NCBI RefSeq assembly: GCF_003367355.1
Contig: NZ_CP031413.1
Coordinates: 1,126,921 to 1,158,920, forward strand
Length of the DNA: 32,000 nucleotides
Direction: 5' to 3'
DNA from: Lysobacter sp. TY2-98
GTDB lineage: Bacteria > Pseudomonadota > Gammaproteobacteria > Xanthomonadales > Xanthomonadaceae
How positions within the stretch are numbered: the stretch's first letter is position 1; every line of letters begins with the position of its first letter. The translations under genes were made by a program, and so were the position numbers. This document shows, piece by piece, positions 13,574 through 21,502 of this stretch. The notes beneath the pieces are model-generated. The model was given only the letters and a program-made list of their open reading frames with translations, made no database searches and was not told the origin of the DNA.

Positions 13574-14140
13574 TTACGGATTCGCCCGGAACGGGAAGCT
13601 CTTGAAGATCTCGGCGACGGCCGCGCTGATGGCCGCGTCGGGGTTCTCGCGATGCTTGGTGGTGACGCGACCGACGGCGACGCCTTCCCAGACCAGCTGA
13701 CGCTGGCGCGCGTCGACCAGATCCACGTTGATGGTGCCTTCGGTGTACTGGTAGACATCGGTGTAGTAGCCGCCCCAACCGCCGTAGTAGCCGCCGCGGT
13801 AGCCGTAGTAACCGACCATGGGCGGGCCCATCGGCATTGAGCGCACGTCGGTCTGCTTCTCGAGCTTGGCGTTGAAATTGACCAGCAGGTCGGGCGCATT
13901 CTCGTTGTAGGTGTAGCCGCGGGCTTCCATCTCCCGGCGTGTCGCATTCTTCAGCGACTGGGTGACCAGCGTCGCGTAGCCGGCACGGTCGGTGCCCAGC
14001 GGCGAGAAGTAGCCGAACGTGCGGTAGTTCGCGAAGTTCGCGCTGTGGTCGTAGTTGGAGGTGACGGTCGGCCCGCTGGCGCAGCCGCCGGCGAGCAACA
14101 GCAGACCGATGCAGACGGCGCGGAAACCCGGACGGAACAT
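13574..14140 (-). CDS. DUF4136-family lipoprotein
   Basis: Starting at MFRPGFRAVCIGLLLLAGGCAS gives a lipobox (LAGGC) and 188 aa. It has SNYDHSANFANYRTFGYF, a Gly/Tyr-rich loop (GYYGYRGGYYGGWGGYY), and TEGTINVDLVDARQRQLVWEG, which is typical of DUF4136 as I recall it. Confidence 0.7.
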   Translation of the reverse strand: MFRPGFRAVCIGLLLLAGGCASGPTVTSNYDHSANFANYRTFGYFSPLGTDRAGYATLVTQSLKNATRREMEARGYTYNENAPDLLVNFNAKLEKQTDVRSMPMGPPMVGYYGYRGGYYGGWGGYYTDVYQYTEGTINVDLVDARQRQLVWEGVAVGRVTTKHRENPDAAISAAVAEIFKSFPFRANP

Positions 14141-14303
14141 GGCGCGGCTCCTCGGTTCGACGGACGATGTCCAGGTATTCTGGTCCCGGGCGGATAAAAG
14201 CGGCATTCGCCTTGGGGGAAGGCGGGCTTGCCCTTGGGGACAGGGATTGGGGATGTGCGGTTCGCCTGAAGAAGTCGGCTCCGTGGGATGCTCTCGTCCC
14301 TAA

Positions 14304-14319
14304 CATAATAGGCATTATG
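14304..14319. promoter_or_regulatory. AT-rich palindrome CATAAT-AGGC-ATTATG in a divergent intergenic region (candidate bidirectional -10 / operator)
   Basis: This is the only AT-rich island (about 14301-14336) in an otherwise GC-rich 477-nt spacer between divergent genes. The palindrome reads CATAAT (a -10-like hexamer) on both strands. Confidence 0.25.
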
Positions 14320-14617
14320 CGAAGTATCCGATGGGGCAATGTTTCAGTGGGTCCAGCCCTTTCGTGCGCTTCGGCTGCATCCCTCCCGCCAGCAATGCCA
14401 CGGCCGGCCGCGCCTGCCGATTCCTCACTGGCCTCCGCCACTGGTTTCACCCGGTCAGAACGCCTTCCAGTCTGTCCTTGCCGGGACGTTGCATGTGCGA
14501 TTCCACAGGTCTTCAAGACGCTACGGCCCGCGCCGTCGTGCCGCCGCCCAACGGACGTTGAGCGGCCCCGACAACGCGCGGATACTGGTCCGCGACACGG
14601 CGATCAACGGGTTTCCG

Positions 14618-15199
14618 ATGAACATTCGTCGATGGATGGTGTCATTTGCCTTGCTCTGCGCGCCTTCCTGCTGGGCGCAGGATCCTGTGTTCGGGCAGCC
14701 GACCACGCCGCTCATGCAGCGGTCGTTCGATGCCGACCGCGTCGCGCATCTCCCGGGCTGGCATCAGATCGGCCAACGCGACACCGACAACGGCTGGCTC
14801 AACGCCTACGGCCACGACACCGATTCCTATCCGCTGCATCCGGTTCGCGCGGTCATCGTCGAAACCGATCTCCAGCATTTTCTCGGAACGGGCCCGATCA
14901 CCGACGAGCGTCGGACCTCGTTCGTCGACCAGGCGGCGTCGATGTGTGCAAAGCGACTCGGCACGTACGTCACGTCGACCCGACCGCTGGCCTGCCCGAT
15001 CGATGGCTACGTCACCCAGTGCTCGATCCACGAAGCGAAGAAGGCCGATGCGACGGGCCGCATGATCTGCTTCGCGTGGGTGTCGAAGAGCGACCACGTC
15101 TACCAAGGCACGGTGATGGCGCTCGGCAGTACGGGCAATCAGGACGCCATGGCGCGCGACGGGCTCAAGGCGTTGCAACAGGGATTGCCGAAGCCGTGA
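14618..15199 (+). CDS. hypothetical secreted protein (4 Cys in the mature part), family not recognised
   Basis: ATG 14618 gives a signal peptide MNIRRWMVSFALLCAPSCWAQ and 193 aa. The upstream part of the 14339 ORF is junk-like. Confidence 0.55.
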   Translation: MNIRRWMVSFALLCAPSCWAQDPVFGQPTTPLMQRSFDADRVAHLPGWHQIGQRDTDNGWLNAYGHDTDSYPLHPVRAVIVETDLQHFLGTGPITDERRTSFVDQAASMCAKRLGTYVTSTRPLACPIDGYVTQCSIHEAKKADATGRMICFAWVSKSDHVYQGTVMALGSTGNQDAMARDGLKALQQGLPKP

Positions 15200-15214
15200 C
15201 GCCTCCGGCGACGA

Positions 15215-15925
15215 CTACGCGGGCCGAATCACTGCCCCGCTCCGGTCATGCGCAACGTCCACCACGCCGGCCCTGAGCAGTTGCTCGAAAGCCTCGGCCG
15301 GCACCGGTCGGCTGTACAGGTAGCCCTGCATCTCGTGGCAGCCGTGCGCCTGCAGGATTCGGACCTGCTCTTGCGTTTCCACGCCCTCCGCCACCACGAC
15401 ATAGTCGAAGGCGCGGGCGAGCCGGGTAATGGCCTCGACGATCGCGGCTTCGCGACTGTCTTCGCGCAGCGACTGCACGAACGATTTGTCGATCTTCAGC
15501 ACGTCGAAGGGGAACCGGTGCAGATAGCCGAGGCTGGAGTAGCCCGTGCCGAAGTCGTCGATCGCCACCTTGACGCCCAGCGACTTGATGCCGCGTATGA
15601 GGGTTTCGAATCGCTCGGTGTCGTGCAGCATCTGGCTTTCGGTCAGCTCGATCTGCAGGCATTCGGGCGGCAGGCGCGTTCGACGCAGAACGTCCGCGAG
15701 GAAATCCGGAAAGGCTTCGACGTGCGTACGCGCCGCTGAAAGATTGACCGCGACGGCGACGTGCTCGAGGCCTGCATCCTGCCATCGACGATTCTGGCGG
15801 CAGGCTTCTTCCAGCACCCATTCGTCGATCTGCGCGATCAGTCCGCACTCTTCCGCGATTTCGATGAAATCGCCGGGCATGACCAGTTCGCCGTCGCGAC
15901 GGCGCCAGCGGACCAGCGCTTCCAT
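15215..15925 (-). CDS. EAL-domain c-di-GMP phosphodiesterase fragment, N-terminally truncated (possible gene remnant)
   Basis: All EAL catalytic motifs are present (EALVRW, NLS, ELTE, DDFGTGYSSL, KIDKSF, AEGVET, QGY). The only plausible start is the Met immediately before E-A-L (ATG 15925-15923). EAL-like similarity (ITPDTGKICG) runs about 14 codons further upstream without a start. The first roughly 25 residues of a normal EAL domain and any sensor domain are absent. Confidence 0.6.
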   Translation of the reverse strand: MEALVRWRRRDGELVMPGDFIEIAEECGLIAQIDEWVLEEACRQNRRWQDAGLEHVAVAVNLSAARTHVEAFPDFLADVLRRTRLPPECLQIELTESQMLHDTERFETLIRGIKSLGVKVAIDDFGTGYSSLGYLHRFPFDVLKIDKSFVQSLREDSREAAIVEAITRLARAFDYVVVAEGVETQEQVRILQAHGCHEMQGYLYSRPVPAEAFEQLLRAGVVDVAHDRSGAVIRPA

Positions 15926-16009
15926 GCCGCAGATCTTGCCCGTGTCCGGCGTGATCTTCGCAGTGCGCGCAGCGCCCCGCCGGTCGAGTCCGCTACGACA
16001 CGGTCGCGC

Positions 16010-16360
16010 CACATCCTGCTGGTCGACGACAACATCGATGCCGCGGCGACGCTGGCCGAACTCCTGCAGCTCCTCGGGCATGAGGTCGCCATCGCACACG
16101 ACGGACGGTCCGCGCTCGCCATGGCCCAACCCGGCAATTGGGACACCTACGTGCTCGACATTGGCCTGCCGGACATGACGGGATTCGAGCTGGCCGAGCG
16201 ACTGCGAAGCGGCATGGCCGCCCCGCATGCGACGTTCATCGCGTTGACCGGCTATGGCCAACCGCACGACCGCGTGATGTCCAAAGCAGCCGGCTTCGAT
16301 CACCACATGGTGAAGCCGCCGAACGTGCCCAGGTTGATCGAGATTCTCGACGGGGCATGA
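16010..16360 (+). pseudogene. orphan receiver-domain fragment (resembles the C-terminal REC of a hybrid histidine kinase) lacking its own start
   Basis: The fragment reads HILLVDDNIDAAATLAELLQLLGHEVAIAHDG...YVLDIGLPDMTGFELAERLR...FIALTGYGQPHD...GFDHHMVKP and ends at TGA 16358-16360. No ATG, GTG or TTG is in frame between GTG 15761 and the domain. That GTG lies antisense inside the EAL coding region. Confidence 0.6.
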
Positions 16361-16743
16361 CGCGACACGGCGTCGGAGCCGACGACGCGGACCGCCGGAT
16401 TGGGACGATGGCCGGGCGACGCGCGACGAGCAAATGTCGCTTGCGCACGGTGTGCGCGCAGCAGCCGATGCCGTTCTATTGGCATGCGCTGATCGATCGA
16501 AGGACATCGCCTCGCGTCGCTCCACGCTCGAGTCCGCACCCCGCGTGATCGTCTGATATTCGCGGCTGGAACGCGTATCGCGCAGCGTGCTGCCAGCAGC
16601 AACGCTTTGCGCCCCACGCCTTTCCGAACGTCACGCCCGTCGACGCGAAGCCCGGCATCCGCAAACCCCTGTGACCCGCGTCAGGGGCGCGCGTGAGGCG
16701 CGACTCGTGGCGCGCCAGTCCCTGCCCCTTCGGGCAACGCGTG

Positions 16744-16863
16744 ATGACACCAGAGCCAATAGGCGCACGCCATCCCCTCGACCTACCGTTCCGCGAGCGA
16801 CATCTGCCGCGCAGGCGGACGCGCCTGCACGAATCCGTGAACCCACGAGGCCCTCCCCCATGA
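16744..16863 (+). promoter_or_regulatory. candidate 39-codon leader ORF (MTPEPIGARHPLDLPFRERHLPRRRTRLHESVNPRGPPP*) overlapping the decarboxylase start
   Basis: Translated by hand. The stop TGA 16861-16863 overlaps ATG 16860-16862. The peptide ends Pro-Pro-Pro-UGA. A 7-bp hairpin GCAGGCG-GACG-CGCCTGC (16811-16828) lies inside it. No convincing SD is present. Confidence 0.25.
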
Positions 16864-19616
16864 ACGACGTTGCACACACCGATACCAGCGGCCTGTCGCA
16901 TGTCTTCTCCGCCGCGCTCGCGCGTGCCGACCAGTGGCGTGAACTCAATGCCCTCGCCCGTGCATGGGCCGATCAACGCGCCGCCAGCGAACATGGCGAG
17001 CGCTACCGCACCCAGTGCCGCACGCTGCTGGGGCGCATCACGCGCCTGGAGTTCTGCTGGGCGTATCCCGGCACGCGCCTGCTGTCGGCCCTCGACGCCG
17101 CACTCGATGCGGGCGACGCCAGCGCGTTCGCGCGACTCGTGCAGCGCATTTCGTCGACGCTGCTGTCCGGTGACTATCGCCGCGACGACCAGGCCTGGGA
17201 TCTTGCGGGCGATGGTGACGGCACGCTGCTCGACACCGCGCCGCCGGACGTGACCGGCTCCGCGCAGCGGCCGTATTTCGAGGTGCTGATCGTCACACCG
17301 ACCGATCCGTCGACATGGATGCGCGCGGGCGAGGAAATGCGCCGCCTGCGCCGTCCGGATGACCCGTTCCAGTACGCGACGGTGCATGTCGGCAGCTTCG
17401 AGGATGCCGCGCTGGCCGCGATGGTGAACTCGAACATCCAGAGCGTGATCCTGGTCGATGGCTTCCAGTACGCGTCGCGTCACCAGATTCCGGATCTCAA
17501 GGCTTATCTCGCGCGCCATATCCAGATCGACCAGAGCGCGGCCGGCCCCGGTGCGTTGTCGACGCGCTTGGCGCGCGGGCTGCGCAACTTCCGCCCCGAA
17601 CTCGATCTGTTCCTGCTCACCGACCGTTCGCCCGAACTGCTCGCCGGTAGCGACGACGCCGCGCCTGTGCGCCGCGTGTTCCACCACGTCGAAGAGCCGA
17701 TGGAGTTGCACCTCGCCCTCCTCGACGGCATCAAGGACCGTTACGAGACGCCCTACTTCGACAACCTGAAGAAGTACGCGACGCGCCCGATCGGCACCTT
17801 CCACGCACTGCCGATCGCGCGCGGCAAGTCCGTGTTCTCATCGAACTGGATCCGCGACATGGGCACGTTCTACGGCACCAACATCCTGTTCGCCGAGTCG
17901 TCCGCGACGACCGGCGGCCTGGATTCGCTGCTGGAACCAACCGGCAACATCAAGAAGATGATGGAAGCCACCGCACGCGCGTTCGGCGCGAAGCGGGCCT
18001 ACCTCGGCACCAATGGCACGTCGACGTCGAACAAGATCGTCGTTCAGGCCATCTGCAAGCCCGGCGACATCGTCGTCGTCGATCGCAACTGCCACAAATC
18101 GCACCACTACGGCTTCGTGCTCGGCGGCGCGCAGCCCTACTACGTCGAAGCCTTCCCGCTGACGCAGTACTCGATGTACGGGGCGGTGCCGCTGCGCACG
18201 ATCAAGCAGGCGCTGCTGAACTGCAAGGCCGAAGGCAAGCTCGACCGCGTCAAGGTCATCGACATGACCAACTGCACCTTCGACGGGCACATGTACAACC
18301 CGAAGCGGGTGATGGAGGAATGCCTCGCCATCAAGCCTGACCTCGTCTTCCTGTGGGACGAAGCCTGGTTCGGTTTCGCACGCTTCAGCCCGTTCCATCG
18401 TCGCCGCACGGCGATGGGTGCCGCGGCCGCGCTGTCGGAGAAATACCGCAGCGAGGCGTATCGCGAGCAGTACAAGGCGTGGAAGGCCAAGCACGCGGAC
18501 GTCGACGACAAGGAATTGCTGGAGACGCACTGCCTGCCCGACCCCGACAAGGTGCGCATCCGCGTCTATCAGACGAATTCGACACACAAGTCGATGTCGG
18601 CTTTCCGTCAGGGCTCGATGATGCTGGTGTGGGACGATGACTTCCACAAGGTCGAAGGCCCGTTCGAGGAGGCGTTCTTCGCGCACACGTCGACGTCGCC
18701 GAACCTGCAGCTGATCGCGTCGCTCGATCTCGCGCGTCGTCAGATGGAACTCGAAGGCTATGCGCTGACCATCCAGATGACGGATCTCGCGCTGCGTCTT
18801 CGCAAGACGATCAACACGCATCCGCTGATCTCGAAGTACTTCAAGGTCGCGACGCCTGAAGACATGATCCCGGCGGAGTTCCGCCAGTCGGGCCTCACCG
18901 ACTACGGCCCGCCGAATGCATCGTGGGCGGAGACGCTGGAGGCATGGGACGAGGACGAGTTCGCGCTCGATCCGACGCGCCTCACGCTCGTCTGCGGCTC
19001 GGCCGGTTTCGACGGCACGCAGTTCAAGGGCATGCTGGCCGAGCGCTTCGACATCCAGATCAACAAGACGTCGCGCAACAGCATCCTCGTGCAGACCAAC
19101 ATCAACAACACGCACAGCGATGCGGCGTTGCTGATCAAGGCACTGGCCGACATGTCGCGCGAGATCGAAGCGCGCCTGTCGGATGGCGGCGAATCCGGGC
19201 AGGCGCAGTTCGCCTCACGCGTGAAGTCGCTGATGACCGACGTGCCCGATCTTCCAAACTTCAGCCGGTTCCACGACGCGTTCCGCGACGATGCGAAAGG
19301 CACGAGCAACGAAGGCCACATGCGCCCCGCGTTCTTCATGGCCTACGACGAGGACAACTGCGAGTTCGTGCGCCTCAACAGCGACGAGATCGATCGTCGG
19401 CTGAAGGATGGGCCGCCCATGGTGTCGGCGAACTTCGTCATCCCCTACCCGCCCGGCTTCCCGATCATGGTGCCGGGGCAGGTCATCTCCGACGACACGA
19501 TCGCTTACATGCGCAAGCTCGATGTCAAGGAAATCCACGGCTACCACGCGGCACAGGGCATCAAGATGCTGAAGCCCGACGTGCTCGCGAACTGGTCCGC
19601 GTCCGCCACCCAGTAA
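16860..19616 (+). CDS. Orn/Lys/Arg decarboxylase family (fold-type I, large 'biodegradative' type) PLP enzyme
   Basis: 918 aa from ATG 16860. It has the major-domain motifs YLGTNGTSTSNKIVVQAICKPGDIVVVDRNCHKSHHYG and WDEAWFG. The PLP-lysine motif is TNSTHKSMSAF and the C-terminal domain shows VIPYPPGFPIMVPGQ. A wing-like CheY-fold segment starts near YFEVLIVTP, after about 138 extra N-terminal residues. Confidence 0.9.
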   Translation: MNDVAHTDTSGLSHVFSAALARADQWRELNALARAWADQRAASEHGERYRTQCRTLLGRITRLEFCWAYPGTRLLSALDAALDAGDASAFARLVQRISSTLLSGDYRRDDQAWDLAGDGDGTLLDTAPPDVTGSAQRPYFEVLIVTPTDPSTWMRAGEEMRRLRRPDDPFQYATVHVGSFEDAALAAMVNSNIQSVILVDGFQYASRHQIPDLKAYLARHIQIDQSAAGPGALSTRLARGLRNFRPELDLFLLTDRSPELLAGSDDAAPVRRVFHHVEEPMELHLALLDGIKDRYETPYFDNLKKYATRPIGTFHALPIARGKSVFSSNWIRDMGTFYGTNILFAESSATTGGLDSLLEPTGNIKKMMEATARAFGAKRAYLGTNGTSTSNKIVVQAICKPGDIVVVDRNCHKSHHYGFVLGGAQPYYVEAFPLTQYSMYGAVPLRTIKQALLNCKAEGKLDRVKVIDMTNCTFDGHMYNPKRVMEECLAIKPDLVFLWDEAWFGFARFSPFHRRRTAMGAAAALSEKYRSEAYREQYKAWKAKHADVDDKELLETHCLPDPDKVRIRVYQTNSTHKSMSAFRQGSMMLVWDDDFHKVEGPFEEAFFAHTSTSPNLQLIASLDLARRQMELEGYALTIQMTDLALRLRKTINTHPLISKYFKVATPEDMIPAEFRQSGLTDYGPPNASWAETLEAWDEDEFALDPTRLTLVCGSAGFDGTQFKGMLAERFDIQINKTSRNSILVQTNINNTHSDAALLIKALADMSREIEARLSDGGESGQAQFASRVKSLMTDVPDLPNFSRFHDAFRDDAKGTSNEGHMRPAFFMAYDEDNCEFVRLNSDEIDRRLKDGPPMVSANFVIPYPPGFPIMVPGQVISDDTIAYMRKLDVKEIHGYHAAQGIKMLKPDVLANWSASATQ

Positions 19617-19644
19617 GCCCACCCGTCGCTCCGGAGGCTCCGCC

Positions 19645-21348
19645 ATGCAAGGGCTCTTCCAGTTCCTCGCCGACAACCCCTACATCCTGCTGTTCCTCAC
19701 AGTGGGATTGGCCGTTCTCGTCGGCAAATTCTCGGTCAAGGGATACGGACTCGGCATGGTCGCCGCGGCCGTGGTCGTCGGTGCGGCGCTTGCGACGTGG
19801 GCATCGACCTACGGCGTGAAGCTGCAACTCGACAACTTCGCGAAGTCGCTCTTCTACTACCTGTTCATGTATGGCGTGGGTCTGCGTGTCGGGCCCGCGT
19901 TCTTCAACAGCCTGAAGAAGGACGGCATCACGTTCACCATCCTCGCCGTGATCTGTTCGTTCCTCGGCCTGGGTCTCGTGGTGCTGATGTCGGGCCCGGT
20001 GTTCCATCTGCCGCCGGGTGCTGCGGGCGGCGTGCTGGCCGGTTCGCAGACGATGTCGGCGGCGATCGGCACCGCCGAAATGGCGATGGAACAAGGCGCG
20101 TACAAAGTGCCGGCCGGCACGACGCCCGAAGCGGTGTCCGCGATGATCGCACTGGGTTACGGCGTGACCTACATCTGGGGCACGGTCGGCATCATCCTCG
20201 TGTGCAAGTACCTGCCCCGCTGGTGGGGCGTGGATGCGAAGAAGGCGGCACGCGACTATGAAGCAGCGCACGGCGTCGCCAATGTCGACGACACCGGACT
20301 AACGGGCTACCGCCCGGGCGGCCTGCGTGCGTATCGGGTGGAGAACCCGTCGACTGCGGGCCAGAGCATCGCGCAGTTCCGCTCGACGTATCCGCAGTAC
20401 CGCATCGTCAACGTCGTGCGCGGTGACGAGGTGCTGGGTGCATCGACGGACATCGTGCTGCGCCAAGGCGACGTCGTTGCACTCGGTGGACGCCTCGAAG
20501 ACCTGACGTCGAACCTCGGCCTGATGGGCCCGGAACTGCCCGACTCGAAGGCGCTGAACATCGCGCTCGACCAGGCGGAAATCCTGGTCACCGAAAAGTC
20601 GATGGACGAGAAGCCGCTGCGCTCGCTCGCGCAGACCGACTTCGCGGGCCAGCTCGGTGTCAGCCGCATCGAACGCAGCGGCGAAGCGATTCCGCTCGGC
20701 GCCGACACGCTGATCAAGCGTTTCGACGTGCTGTACGTGACGGGCCTGAAGTCGGCCGTCGAAAAGGCTGGCGCACTGCTCGGCAAGGTCGCCCGGCAGA
20801 GCACGTCGACCGACCTGCTGACGCTGTCGGCCGGCATGGTGCTCGGTCTGTTGATCGGCAAGATCAACGTCCCCGTGGGCAGCTTCTCGGTCGGCCTCGG
20901 CAACGCGGGCGGCCTGCTGCTGTCGGGCATCCTGGTGTCGTCGATCGTGTCGCGCCTGCGCTTCTTCGGCAGCACGCCGAACGCAGCGCGCAACATCCTC
21001 GAGGACCTCGGCCTCGTCACGTTCATCGCGATTGTCGGCATCAACGCGGGCGCGACGCTGCTCGAACAACTGACGGGTTCGATCGCGATCAAGATCTTCC
21101 TTGCCGGCTTCGTGGCCAGCACGATCCCGCCGTTCATCACGTGGGCGATCGGCTACCACATCTTCAAGATCAACCCGGCGGTGTTGATGGGCGGCGTCGC
21201 GGGCTCGCGCTCGCACTCCGGTCCCGCACGCGAAGCCGCGAAGGAGATCGGCAGCAGCGTGCCGTGGGTGGGCTTCCCGGTCGGGTACGCGGTTTCCGGC
21301 GTGCTTTACACCGTGTTCGGCTACTTCGCGATGGTGCTGTCGCAGTGA
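19645..21348 (+). CDS. AAE-family transporter (AspT/YidE/YbjL type) with two central TrkA-C/RCK_C domains
   Basis: GGAGG (19633-19637) lies 7 nt upstream of the ATG. The N-terminus is MQGLFQFLADNPYILLFLTVGLAVLVGKFSVKGYGLGMVAA. Two soluble RCK_C-like repeats are present (IVNVVRGDEVLGASTDIVLRQGDVVALGG; VSRIERSGEAIPLGADTLIKRFDVLYVTG). They lie between two multi-helix membrane halves. The 567-aa size is typical. Confidence 0.85.
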   Translation: MQGLFQFLADNPYILLFLTVGLAVLVGKFSVKGYGLGMVAAAVVVGAALATWASTYGVKLQLDNFAKSLFYYLFMYGVGLRVGPAFFNSLKKDGITFTILAVICSFLGLGLVVLMSGPVFHLPPGAAGGVLAGSQTMSAAIGTAEMAMEQGAYKVPAGTTPEAVSAMIALGYGVTYIWGTVGIILVCKYLPRWWGVDAKKAARDYEAAHGVANVDDTGLTGYRPGGLRAYRVENPSTAGQSIAQFRSTYPQYRIVNVVRGDEVLGASTDIVLRQGDVVALGGRLEDLTSNLGLMGPELPDSKALNIALDQAEILVTEKSMDEKPLRSLAQTDFAGQLGVSRIERSGEAIPLGADTLIKRFDVLYVTGLKSAVEKAGALLGKVARQSTSTDLLTLSAGMVLGLLIGKINVPVGSFSVGLGNAGGLLLSGILVSSIVSRLRFFGSTPNAARNILEDLGLVTFIAIVGINAGATLLEQLTGSIAIKIFLAGFVASTIPPFITWAIGYHIFKINPAVLMGGVAGSRSHSGPAREAAKEIGSSVPWVGFPVGYAVSGVLYTVFGYFAMVLSQ

Positions 21349-21400
21349 TCGTCGAGCGACCGCCCCGCGAGCGGCCGCGCAAGCGGCCTACCAAGGTGGT

Positions 21401-21429
21401 GACCTCCGCGCGTGAGCGCGTGGAGGTCA
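21401..21429 (+). other. imperfect hairpin GACCTCCGCGCG-TGA-GCGCGTGGAGGTC in the transporter-porin spacer
   Basis: There are 7-bp outer arms (GACCTCC/GGAGGTC) plus an inner GCGC/GCGC pairing and no U-tract. The 3' arm contains the GGAGG that precedes the small ORF at 21429. A second small hairpin GGCCGC-GCAA-GCGGCC sits at 21373-21388. Confidence 0.3.
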
Positions 21430-21502
21430 TGGACGAAAGGCGCATGAAGCGGGAGGGCCGTCCGTTGACCGCCCGACGCGCGAAAGCGCGACGGGAGGAT
21501 GC

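Noticed and set aside
15926-16525. The N-terminal 200 residues of the 436-aa minus-strand EAL ORF.
   Set aside because: This part is the antisense shadow of the plus-strand receiver domain (16010-16360). It has no domain-like sequence. EAL similarity stops near 15967.
16587-16859. A 91-codon in-frame upstream extension of the decarboxylase ORF (track start 16587).
   Set aside because: The extension is R/P/T-rich junk (..RHARRREARHPQTPVTRVRGAREARLVARQ..). ATG 16860 is the first Met before sequence that looks protein-like. The true start still needs experimental or comparative confirmation.
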